Source: a virus (lineage: Duplodnaviria; Caudoviricetes). Taken from it: a DNA stretch of 24,143 nt. Below are positions 1 to 8,144 of this stretch, in pieces. The notes below the pieces were generated by a model, which was given only the letters and a program-made list of their open reading frames with translations, searched no databases and had not been told where the DNA came from. The stretch covers positions 1 to 24,143 of the IMG/VR virus record IMGVR_UViG_3300026196_000077; one strand, given 5' to 3'. A program made the translations under genes and the position numbers. The first letter of the stretch is position 1; each line of letters opens with the position of its first letter.

Positions 1-372
1 TTGCCAACATCGTTCATTACCTGAATTGTAAGCGGATCTAAAGCCGACTGAGGTTAGTAGCCCTAAAGAGGATTGCAGAACAAGCGGGAAGACGCCCGGG
101 CAACGACCAATACAAACGGCGCCCCGGTGCAGACCAGGCAGGCTCAAGCCGCGAGACCAAGCTACCGCGCAATCCACTGGCCAGTACATAACCCATCTAA
201 ATGGGGGTAAGGGGGGCCCTTTGTCTAACTTCGGGTCTAAATGCTAACCACAACACACCACCTGAACAGGCGAAGCGACCAGCGAGAGCCTGCAGCACCC
301 CTTGACGACTATCACCACCAAGCCTAGCATCCGCAACGCACCAGCACAGGCTAGAGGCAGAGCAAATCAGCC

Positions 373-519
373 TTTTGCTTGAAAACAACAAATGTTGCAG
401 AAAAACAACAGGTGATGCCTTCCACCGCTCGCATCCACAACAATATCAATAATATTCAACACAGTACAGATCCAGGCCATCCTTTCGCCAGCTCGGATAG
501 TGTTGTTTTTTTACAACAT
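373..519. repeat. Three TGTTG-N8-CAACA palindromic boxes (373-390 imperfect, 393-410, 501-518)
   Basis: TtTTG-cttgaaaa-CAACA, TGTTG-cagaaaaa-CAACA and TGTTG-ttttttta-CAACA. 392-410 and 501-519 form a 19-bp inverted pair with 2 mismatches. Confidence 0.7.
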
Positions 520-644
520 GCTGCACTGCTTTGGGCATGTTACAAATGCCGAGTTGGGTTTGGCATGGTCTAAGGGTCTGGATATTAAGGCTTTGCTGCA
601 ATGCATCATCGCATATATGCATTATGTCAAATGGTTCTTGGCGG

Positions 645-659
645 AAGTTAGTGCTCACT
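645..659 (-). promoter_or_regulatory. Operator-like palindrome, a copy of the GTGAG...ACTAAC motif
   Basis: AAGTTAGTGCTCACT is the exact reverse complement of AGTGAGCACTAACTT at 16065-16079. Confidence 0.6.
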
Positions 660-751
660 TCGGAATGGATGTTGGCCGAAATCGATTGGACATGGATTTC
701 AAACTTGCGGGGGTACCACCCTCACCCGCATAAAATAGTTGCTCTATAAGG

Positions 752-780
752 TTTACGTCCTCTTTCCCTTGTGCTAAGGT
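752..780 (+). promoter_or_regulatory. Putative sigma70-type promoter for the + strand operon
   Basis: TTTACG (752-757), 17-nt spacer, TG-c-TAAGGT extended -10 (775-780). It overlaps an 11-bp direct repeat TAAGGTTTACG at 747-757 and 775-785. Confidence 0.45.
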
Positions 781-786
781 TTACGG

Positions 787-978
787 ATGGAAGAGGAAAT
801 GAGTGAAGCTGAGTGGATTGTGAGGAATGCTAGTGTTTTGAGTGCTTGCAGGAATCCTCATGCGGTAATGGAGATCACAAGACGTGGTGGTTTCTGCCTG
901 AAGTGCGGTGTGAGATGGACTGGGCTTGATTTCAAATGTAGGTGGAAGGAAAAGGAAGATGATCGGCAAGGTAAATGA
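787..978 (+). CDS. Small hypothetical protein, possible zinc finger
   Basis: First ORF of the + strand run; contains CxxxH and CLKC. Alternative start at 799. Confidence 0.5.
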   Translation: MEEEMSEAEWIVRNASVLSACRNPHAVMEITRRGGFCLKCGVRWTGLDFKCRWKEKEDDRQGK

Positions 979-996
979 ACGTTAGGTGGAATGGCT

Positions 997-1173
997 ATGC
1001 CGGAATTGTCATTTGAGTCTGCACAAGAACGATCGTCTCCTACGGTCACTGTGACTGTGATGGCTGAGATGACGAAGGCGATGGAGGTTTACCGCAACCG
1101 CAGGGAGTTCATGCGCAAGTACATGCGTGAATATCGAAGGGGACTCAGGAGGACGAAAGAGGCGGTTAAATGA
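997..1173 (+). CDS. Small hypothetical protein with basic helical C-terminus
   Basis: AGGTGG lies 7 nt upstream of ATG 997 (the ORF track starts at 991). Contains REFMRKYMREYRR. The stop overlaps the next start (ATGA). Confidence 0.55.
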   Translation: MPELSFESAQERSSPTVTVTVMAEMTKAMEVYRNRREFMRKYMREYRRGLRRTKEAVK

Positions 1174-1382
1174 AGGTCTGTCAGGAGTGTGCGCATTTCG
1201 TCAATGATCGCACCATGACAGACATGCAGTTGAACAACGAGCATCAGCCGAAGTGCAAGCACCCTGATGCGGCGACGAGGGATATCGTTTTTGGAATCTG
1301 CTACTGCAGGAACGAGCGTGCCTCGAAGGGTAAGAGTGGTTGTGGCAAGGAAGGCAGGCTGTGGGAGTCGGCCAAGAAATGA
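1170..1382 (+). CDS. Cys-rich small phage protein
   Basis: CQECAH...CKHP...CYCRNER...CGKEGRLW, with ATGA overlaps at both ends. Confidence 0.7.
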   Translation: MKVCQECAHFVNDRTMTDMQLNNEHQPKCKHPDAATRDIVFGICYCRNERASKGKSGCGKEGRLWESAKK

Positions 1383-2206
1383 AGATTCTCGTGTGTGGCG
1401 ATGCGATGCTGGATCGCTACTGGCATGGAGAAGTCTCTCGCATCTCGCCTGAAGCGCCTGTTCCGGTCGTAGCCGTTCACAGGACCGAGGAAAGACGGGG
1501 TGGAGCGGCGAACGTCGCTGCGAACATAGAAGCGATGGGTGTTCCATGCTCGCGCATTTTCTCGCCCTCAGAAGAAATGGTGGTAAAGCTTCGCATTATC
1601 GGGCGCAACCAACAGGTCGTCAGGATCGATTTCGATCATCCGCAGGAATCCATCGACGAGAACGACTCATACCTGAAGGCCATCCGGGAGGCGAGCGTGG
1701 TGGTGTTCTCTGATTATGGCAAGGGCGCGCTCAAGAATGTAAAGACCCTCATCAAGATCGCAAAGTCTCTTGGTAAGCGCGTATTCATCGATCCCAAGGG
1801 TCATGACTACGAACGCTACAGACATGCGGATATGATCAAGCCCAACATCAATGAGATGAAAGAACTTGTCGGGGGATGGTCAACCGAAGAAGAACTCTCG
1901 AAGAAAGCAAGACGACTGATGCAAGAAGGCGGCATCGGGTCGATCCTTCTTACCAGAGCTGATAAGGGAATGACCCTCTATGATGGACCCACAACCACCC
2001 AGATCCCCGCCGTTGCCAAGGAAATCTATGACGTCTCTGGGGCCGGCGACACTGCTATAGCTGCCTACGCCGTGGCTAATCTCAAGGGTTTTGATGCCAT
2101 TGAATGCGCTCGATTCGCAAACCGGGCCGCAGGCATCGTCGTGGCTCGCTTCGGTACATCCGTTGCATCCGAAGAAGAAGTCTTCGGCGGACCTCCGTGG
2201 TATTGA
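1379..2206 (+). CDS. hldA: D-glycero-beta-D-manno-heptose-7-phosphate kinase (HldA/RfaE1, PfkB family)
   Basis: GDAMLDRYWHGEVSRISPEAPVPV, GGAANVA, SDYGKG, IDPKG and PfkB signature DVSGAGDT. Start set to ATG 1379 from the ATGA overlap. Confidence 0.92.
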   Translation: MKILVCGDAMLDRYWHGEVSRISPEAPVPVVAVHRTEERRGGAANVAANIEAMGVPCSRIFSPSEEMVVKLRIIGRNQQVVRIDFDHPQESIDENDSYLKAIREASVVVFSDYGKGALKNVKTLIKIAKSLGKRVFIDPKGHDYERYRHADMIKPNINEMKELVGGWSTEEELSKKARRLMQEGGIGSILLTRADKGMTLYDGPTTTQIPAVAKEIYDVSGAGDTAIAAYAVANLKGFDAIECARFANRAAGIVVARFGTSVASEEEVFGGPPWY

Positions 2207-2207
2207 A

Positions 2208-2621
2208 ATGAAAGTCATTCTTTGCCACGGTACATTCGATCTGCTTCACGTCGGACACGCCAGGATGATCGAATGGGCTGCGGATCAGGGCGACTTTCTC
2301 GTGGTCAGCGTTACCGCAGATCCCTTCGTCGATAAGGGCGAAGGAAGGCCTATTTTCAATCACAATGAGCGAGCCTACTTCCTGTCAAGATTGAAAGAAG
2401 TCGATCAGGTCGATATCTGCCACGAAAAAACAGGTCTTTCCATGATCCATAAGTGGCAACCCGCCTTGTACGTCAAGGGCGCCGATTACATCACAAACGA
2501 CAAGCACGGCTCGCTTGGAATGGAACGAAAGGTTGTCGAATCCTACGGAGGGAAACTCGTTCTCTCCCCCACAGCTGGCTACTCCTCCAGCGCCATCGTC
2601 GAGAGAATCAGGAATGGATAA
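2208..2621 (+). CDS. hldC: Heptose-1-phosphate nucleotidyltransferase (HldC/RfaE2, cytidylyltransferase fold)
   Basis: HGTFDLLHVGH (HxGH), KGEGRP, YVKGADY and C-terminal GYSSSAIVERI; adjacent to the heptose kinase and GmhA. Confidence 0.85.
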   Translation: MKVILCHGTFDLLHVGHARMIEWAADQGDFLVVSVTADPFVDKGEGRPIFNHNERAYFLSRLKEVDQVDICHEKTGLSMIHKWQPALYVKGADYITNDKHGSLGMERKVVESYGGKLVLSPTAGYSSSAIVERIRNG

Positions 2622-3159
2622 GTACATCGAGGCGCTTCATGCCGTGATGAGCGGCGTGGAAGTCCAAAGCGGAGGCAACGACATCCAGCTCTCCAGAGCC
2701 AGGGGGCTCATGCACAGGATGCTGAAGAAGGTCTCTGATGATGATGGTAAGGTCATCTTCATCGGTAACGGCGGCTCCGCTGCGATAGCCTCACACATGG
2801 CAATCGACTACCAGAAAAACGGCGGCATGGAGGCCGTGTGCTACAACGACCTCGCCGCGCTCACCTGCTTAGCCAACGACTTCGGCTATGAACACGTCTT
2901 CGCCCGCCAGATCGGCTATCACGCAACAGCCAGGGATATGCTGGTGGCGATCTCAAGTTCCGGGAGATCGGAAAATATCATCAACGCAGCCGAAACCGCC
3001 AAGAGAATAGGCGTGAAAGTTGTTACCCTGACAGGGTTTGATGCGAGAAATCCGCTTCGCAAGATAGGCTGGACTTCGTTCTACGTGCCATCGCACGATT
3101 ACGGGTTCGTCGAAATCTCCCATCTCACGCTCCTTCATTCATTGGTGAATGGAAAATGA
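2614..3159 (+). CDS. gmhA: Phosphoheptose (sedoheptulose-7-phosphate) isomerase, SIS domain
   Basis: IGNGGSAAIASH, LTCLANDFGYEHVF, ISSSGRSENI, TLTGF and VEISH. ATG 2614 overlaps the upstream stop. Confidence 0.88.
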   Translation: MDKYIEALHAVMSGVEVQSGGNDIQLSRARGLMHRMLKKVSDDDGKVIFIGNGGSAAIASHMAIDYQKNGGMEAVCYNDLAALTCLANDFGYEHVFARQIGYHATARDMLVAISSSGRSENIINAAETAKRIGVKVVTLTGFDARNPLRKIGWTSFYVPSHDYGFVEISHLTLLHSLVNGK

Positions 3160-3680
3160 CACGCGCCATCATTCTGGTTGAAAATGGATTCCAGGACGAG
3201 GAGTTCATCTATCCCTATTACCGGATGCTCGAAGAAGGCTGGCAAGTCACTGTCCTCGGGCCAGAGTGCAAGGGAAAATATGGCATTCCAGCACGTCCAA
3301 CGCTTGGTGTGCAAACTGGCGTGCTCGATGCCATTATCATTCCAGGCGGCTACGAATGCCCAGACAGGCTTCGCATGAAACCGGATGTACTCGATCTGGT
3401 ACGAGACGCCTTCAAGGCAGGAAAAGTGATAGCGGCTATCTGCCACGGCCCCTGGGTCATGATCTCTGCCGGCATCGTGAAGAACCGTATCTGCACGGGC
3501 TACGCCTCTATCAAGGACGATCTCAAGAATGCAGGCGCGACCTACGTTGCTCAATCCGTAGTGACAGACGCAAACCTCATTACGGCGGATCACTATCGCA
3601 ATAATGGCGCTTTCATGAAGGCCGTAATCCACGCGGTCAACAAGCAGCATGACTGGCACGAATCTCCCGTCGTCGTCTAG
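3156..3680 (+). CDS. DJ-1/PfpI family protein (class I GATase-like fold)
   Basis: ENGFQDEEFIYPYYR, IIIPGG, nucleophile elbow AAICHGPW and VVTDANLIT. Confidence 0.88.
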   Translation: MTRAIILVENGFQDEEFIYPYYRMLEEGWQVTVLGPECKGKYGIPARPTLGVQTGVLDAIIIPGGYECPDRLRMKPDVLDLVRDAFKAGKVIAAICHGPWVMISAGIVKNRICTGYASIKDDLKNAGATYVAQSVVTDANLITADHYRNNGAFMKAVIHAVNKQHDWHESPVVV

Positions 3681-5850
3681 CCTGGTCCCGAAGCCCTGGG
3701 GCTACGAATACTGCGCCTACGATAGCGGCTCAGCGGCCGTGTGGGTACTGCATATCGCCAGAGGACGAAAGACCTCCCGCCATTGTCATCCCAACAAGCG
3801 AACGCAGTTGATCGTGCTCGAAGGAGAAGTCTCCTTTAACGGCAAAGTCATGAAGGAACTAGAGTCCGTTGAGATTCCGAAAGGAGCTTTTCATCAGACA
3901 GCCGTTACATGGGATTTTGAAACCGCCTCCGAGAACGGCGCCTTCCTGATGGAAATCGAGGAACCCAGCAACAAGTCAGATCTCGTGCGCGAAGCCGATG
4001 CCTATGGACGCGCCGGCAAGCCAATCGAATCTGATGTCATCGCCTACAAAGGAGAACTTCTTGGCCTCTCGCACAAAAGCCAAAGCGCGATGGGATATCG
4101 ATTCCAGTTGGAGGTCGTGCTGGGCGGTCCAGTACCCGATCTCATGGTGAACGTAGGAGATGAGATTTTGGGTATCTATCGGGAGAAAAAAGAGCGCGTT
4201 TCCGACTGCGTAGCGAAATTCATCGAGAATCTTGGCGTGGATCACGTCTTTGGCGTGGTAGGGGGAGGGTCCATGCATCTGAACGACTCGTTTCGCAAGC
4301 TTTTCGTGCCCATGCACCACGAACAGGCCGCGAGCTTCGCAGCCGATGCCTACTCCCGCTTGAAAGGGATCGGAGCGTGCCTTGTCACCACAGGCCCTGG
4401 AGGCACTAACGCCATTACGGGGCTTGCCTGCTCGTGGGTGGACTCGATTCCCGTGGTCTATATCTCGGGACAAGTAACAACGAGCCAATTCATGCAAGGA
4501 ACAGGCCTCAGACAGCGCGGAATACAGGAAACCGACATCGTTTCCATCGTAGAACCGATCACCAAGTACGCCGTGACGCTCACTCGTGCCGAGGACATCC
4601 GCTATGTTCTCGAAGAAGCCGCCTGGTTCGCCCATGAAGGTCGTTCTGGGCCTGTTTGGATCGATATCCCGCTCGATCTTCAGTCAAAACGCGTCGATTG
4701 GGACAAACTGAAGCCGTTTGTGCCGCCGCGCATTGCAAAACGCAGCTTATCGTCAGAGATTCATCGCGTTCGAGGGCTTTTGATGTCATCGAAACGCCCA
4801 TGCCTTGTTTTAGGCAACGGAATCCATCTATCGCACGCAGAAAGCGATGCAAGGGCACTGGCAAGCAATCTTCAAATCCCCGTTCTGACTTCCTGGACAG
4901 CTGGCGACGTGATGGCTGACGATCCTCATCACATAGGGCACTTCGGTATCTTCGGGGACCGCCCGTCGAACCTTGCGGTGCAAAACGCAGACCTGCTGAT
5001 CGTTATCGGGTGCAGATTGTCCATCGGACAGGCAGGATACAACCCGGATCAGTTCGCCCGAGGCGCAAAGATCGTCATGGTTGACGTGGATCATGCGGTG
5101 CTCTCGAAAACAGACCTTCGAGTTCATATCGGTATCCGTGCGGACGCCAAGGAATTTATCAAGGCGCTCAATAAGCCGCTTTCCTTCGTCAATCACTCAG
5201 ATTGGCTCATGAAGTGCCTAAAGTGGAAGCGCAAGTACCCCATGACCACCCACGGCTCCTATGGTTTCATCCAGGGGCTCTCGGAATGCATGGCGATGAA
5301 CGCTATCGTCGTGACGGACATGGGAACGTCTTTCACTTGCACTTTCCAGGCCGCGAAGATGAAGTTCGGACAACGATGGATCACCGCATCCGGTCACGCC
5401 CCGATGGGATACGGATTGCCCGGCGCCATCGGCGCGCACTACGCAACCGGCGAGCCTGTCGTGTGCATCGTCGGGGACGGTGCGATGCAGTTCAACGTGC
5501 AGGAACTCGCCACTGTTGCGGTCGGAAAATTGCCGATCACCATCCATTTGCTGGACAACGGCGGGTATCTCACCATGAAGCATACGCAGGCCAATCATTT
5601 CGGGCGCTTCGTCGGGGCGGATAGGCAAAGCGGCCTCGCTTTCCCTGACTGGAAGTTGCTGGCAGACGCCTATGGCGTGAAAATCAACGTTATCAAGATG
5701 GACCCGCTGCAGCCGCTCATTCCGAGGGTATCTAGCGTGAAACTTCCTGATGGCTCCGTGACCTCGCGCCCTCTTGAGGACATGTACCCGTTCCTGCCAA
5801 GGCACGAGTTCAAAAAGCAGATGATCGTGCCGCCGCTGGAGGAGATATGA
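3649..5850 (+). CDS. Fusion of an N-terminal cupin and a ThDP-dependent acetolactate-synthase-like enzyme
   Basis: Cupin: KPWGYE...TSRHCHPNK...IPKGAFH. ThDP part: VFGVVGG, HHEQAASFAADAYSR (catalytic Glu), TTGPGGTN and GDGAMQFNVQEL...DNGGY. Confidence 0.85.
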   Translation: MTGTNLPSSSSLVPKPWGYEYCAYDSGSAAVWVLHIARGRKTSRHCHPNKRTQLIVLEGEVSFNGKVMKELESVEIPKGAFHQTAVTWDFETASENGAFLMEIEEPSNKSDLVREADAYGRAGKPIESDVIAYKGELLGLSHKSQSAMGYRFQLEVVLGGPVPDLMVNVGDEILGIYREKKERVSDCVAKFIENLGVDHVFGVVGGGSMHLNDSFRKLFVPMHHEQAASFAADAYSRLKGIGACLVTTGPGGTNAITGLACSWVDSIPVVYISGQVTTSQFMQGTGLRQRGIQETDIVSIVEPITKYAVTLTRAEDIRYVLEEAAWFAHEGRSGPVWIDIPLDLQSKRVDWDKLKPFVPPRIAKRSLSSEIHRVRGLLMSSKRPCLVLGNGIHLSHAESDARALASNLQIPVLTSWTAGDVMADDPHHIGHFGIFGDRPSNLAVQNADLLIVIGCRLSIGQAGYNPDQFARGAKIVMVDVDHAVLSKTDLRVHIGIRADAKEFIKALNKPLSFVNHSDWLMKCLKWKRKYPMTTHGSYGFIQGLSECMAMNAIVVTDMGTSFTCTFQAAKMKFGQRWITASGHAPMGYGLPGAIGAHYATGEPVVCIVGDGAMQFNVQELATVAVGKLPITIHLLDNGGYLTMKHTQANHFGRFVGADRQSGLAFPDWKLLADAYGVKINVIKMDPLQPLIPRVSSVKLPDGSVTSRPLEDMYPFLPRHEFKKQMIVPPLEEI

Positions 5851-6635
5851 AAGTTTTAAGGATTCATGACAATCCAGTACAGGATTTCGTGCGCGATGGC
5901 TGTGTGGTGTATCGGAACATCTTTTCGATGATGGATGTGATGGAATGCTGGCAAATCGTCAAAGACAAGATCAGAAACAAGAAAGATATCCACGCTGCAT
6001 CGGTTCGCATCATGAACGATTTGCAAGGACAGCCCGCTTTCAAAAGAATCGTCGAGAGCCAGCAGGCAATCAACGTGATGCGCCAATTCCTCGGTCCCGA
6101 TATCTGCATCTTCAACTACGATGCGCTGTGGGTGAACGCGCCAAAGGACAAGAATCCCGTGCTCCTGAAAGGCGACCATACCGACGCCTGGACGGGAACT
6201 TCGGTCAATACGATATTCGCCAAGGTGTTTCTCACCGATTGCGATCAGTACAACGGCATCGCCGTATGTCCTGGGTCGCACCTGCAAGGAATGCTTCCAG
6301 TCAGGAACCGCGCCTTGGATAGAAAAGCCGCTGTTAAATTCAAGCGCGTCAATCTCTCTGGCATCAAGGCGGGAGACTGGCTGTTGTGGCATCCGCTGCT
6401 CGTTCATTCCACGGTCGGTCATTCTGCGCGCAATATTCGCATCTCGATCACCTCCCGCTATACATCGACAGAGACTTCATTTTCTAGCCAGGAACGAGCG
6501 CTGGGATATCGCACGATCTCAGTCGGACCTATGAACCAGATCCTTCGCCTGATCGGAAACGACTATCTGACGCCCTTGCGTACCTACGGAGGGAAAGTGG
6601 CTATCGACAAACGCCTTGCTGACATCTACCGATGA
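5847..6635 (+). CDS. PhyH (phytanoyl-CoA dioxygenase)-like Fe(II)/2-oxoglutarate dioxygenase
   Basis: N-terminal DFVRDGCVV, HxD motif HTD, PGSH, AGDWLLWHPLLVHS (distal His) and RISITSRY. Confidence 0.8.
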   Translation: MKVLRIHDNPVQDFVRDGCVVYRNIFSMMDVMECWQIVKDKIRNKKDIHAASVRIMNDLQGQPAFKRIVESQQAINVMRQFLGPDICIFNYDALWVNAPKDKNPVLLKGDHTDAWTGTSVNTIFAKVFLTDCDQYNGIAVCPGSHLQGMLPVRNRALDRKAAVKFKRVNLSGIKAGDWLLWHPLLVHSTVGHSARNIRISITSRYTSTETSFSSQERALGYRTISVGPMNQILRLIGNDYLTPLRTYGGKVAIDKRLADIYR

Positions 6636-6832
6636 GCGAAAAAGAAGTCCTGAGAATCACCGTCAAGTTCCCCAAGGGGATCGCCCATGACGCGCAGGGT
6701 GTTGCGCTTTTGGATATGGAGCGTACCTTGCGCAGATTGACTGGGCTTGATTGTCGCGTGTTCAAGGAATTGAAGGGCGACGACTCAAAGCTGCGAATCA
6801 TGATGACAGAAGATCAGAGGAACAAACTATGA
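6632..6832 (+). CDS. Hypothetical protein, 66 aa
   Basis: ATGA overlaps on both sides within the cluster. Confidence 0.7.
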   Translation: MSEKEVLRITVKFPKGIAHDAQGVALLDMERTLRRLTGLDCRVFKELKGDDSKLRIMMTEDQRNKL

Positions 6833-7974
6833 ACGAAGATTTCATGCACCACGTCATTACAGGCGAGCCTACTCCGGTCAAGGAATTGCTGCTCGATCAC
6901 AGCAAGATCGGCTGGTGGAAGGATCGTGTTCTGGCCTGGGAGCGAGGCGAGAAGATCGCGCCAATCACGATGGATGTGGCATGGACGCGCAAATGCCAGG
7001 CCGCGTGCCACTTCTGCGCCGCGCAATCCCAATCCTCAGAAGGCGGCGAGATCACGCGCGAGATCGCGTTACAGTTCCTGGAGGATGCAGCACAGATCGG
7101 CGTCAAGGGAATCTCGCTCATCTCGGACGGAGAATCGACGATGGTTCCGTTCTACGCAGAATCCATCGAATACGGGGCCAAGCTCGGCATCAAGATGGGC
7201 GTAGGCTCGAACGGCATCCTGCTCACCAGGGACGTGCTTGAGCGCATCCTTCCGCACCTGACCTATTGCCGCTTCAACTTCTCGGCCGGAGAGAAAAAAC
7301 GCTACGCCGAGATCATGGGCGTGAAGCAGCCCATATTCGACAAAGTACGCCAGAACATTATCGATGCGATGGAGATCATCCGGCGCGACGGGCTCGATTG
7401 CAACGTCAACATGAACCTTGTCAGCGAACCGAGAGACTCGGATCAGTTGCTGCCGTTTGCAAGGCTCGCCAAGGAAATCGGCGTTCACTATGCCATTATC
7501 AAACATTGCGCGCCTGACGATGACGGTTTCGTGAAGGTCAACTACAAGGACTATGCCGATCTGTACGAGACGTTTAAGGAATGCGAGTCTCTGTCAACGG
7601 ATGATTTTCGTGTGGTGGTCAAATGGGCGAGGATCGGCAACGAGGGTAAGCGCGAGTATTCCAAGTGTTACGGTACGCCATTCATCATGCAAGTCTCAGG
7701 CAACGGACTGGTTGCGCCTTGCGGGCCGCTATTCAACGAGAAGTATCGGGCGTTTCATATCGGCAACATCACCACTGGGCGTTTCAAAGACATGTTCAAT
7801 TCGGAACGATACTGGGACATCATCCAGTATCTCGGCAGCGACGATTTCAACCCGCAGGAACGTTGCAGGCTCAATTGTCTGCAGCACCTGACCAACGATT
7901 GGCTGTTCAAATACAAGGAGGGCAAAGTGACGTTTCCCATTGCGCCGGTCCCGCATCATTCCGAGTTCATCTGA
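6829..7974 (+). CDS. Radical SAM enzyme with SPASM/twitch-like C-terminal domain
   Basis: CxxxCxxC (CQAACHFC), SDGE, GSNG and C-terminal CYG...APC...IGNI...CRLNC. Start set to ATG 6829. Confidence 0.88.
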   Translation: MNEDFMHHVITGEPTPVKELLLDHSKIGWWKDRVLAWERGEKIAPITMDVAWTRKCQAACHFCAAQSQSSEGGEITREIALQFLEDAAQIGVKGISLISDGESTMVPFYAESIEYGAKLGIKMGVGSNGILLTRDVLERILPHLTYCRFNFSAGEKKRYAEIMGVKQPIFDKVRQNIIDAMEIIRRDGLDCNVNMNLVSEPRDSDQLLPFARLAKEIGVHYAIIKHCAPDDDGFVKVNYKDYADLYETFKECESLSTDDFRVVVKWARIGNEGKREYSKCYGTPFIMQVSGNGLVAPCGPLFNEKYRAFHIGNITTGRFKDMFNSERYWDIIQYLGSDDFNPQERCRLNCLQHLTNDWLFKYKEGKVTFPIAPVPHHSEFI

Positions 7975-8144
7975 TGGCGCATCTTGGAACCGTAAATACA
8001 AATGGAAGTGGGAACTATGCAATTCTTGATCTTCCAGTCCCCCTTGAGCCAGTGATAGTTGATCTTGATCGTCCTCTTGAAGATCAATTGCCAGAAGGTC
8101 TGTATCTGGAAGCGGCGAAAAAACTTATGTTGGAGTCAAAATGA
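7974..8144 (+). CDS. Hypothetical protein, 56 aa
   Basis: TGATG overlap upstream and ATGA overlap downstream; fills the gap exactly (MAHLGTVNTNG...MLESK). Confidence 0.6.
   Translation: MAHLGTVNTNGSGNYAILDLPVPLEPVIVDLDRPLEDQLPEGLYLEAAKKLMLESK

Noticed and set aside
53-66. GTTAGTAGCCCTAA as a further operator copy
   Set aside because: Only one half-site matches and the spacing differs from the 12-bp core.
373-519. CRISPR array or transposon terminal inverted repeats
   Set aside because: Too few and too short, irregularly spaced, with no cas or transposase gene.
197-749. Short ORFs of 64-77 aa in the left region
   Set aside because: They overlap each other on both strands, lack clear RBS or motifs, and cover repeat elements. 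More likely noncoding.
1340-2613. Longer N-terminal starts in the ORF track (1340, 2091, 2515; also 6751, 7665, 16312, 16796)
   Set aside because: They overlap upstream genes extensively. Family motifs begin at downstream ATGs that show stop/start coupling.
3976-4635. Long antisense ORFs (also 5218-5805, 5856-6422, 16363-17160, 23370-24056)
   Set aside because: They lie opposite well-supported + strand genes, have no recognisable motifs, and are expected shadows of codon bias.
4195-5850. ilvB acetolactate synthase as an amino-acid auxiliary metabolic gene
   Set aside because: No regulatory subunit or ilvC/ilvD nearby. The cupin fusion and sugar-pathway context favour a sugar carboligase, so no gene symbol was assigned.
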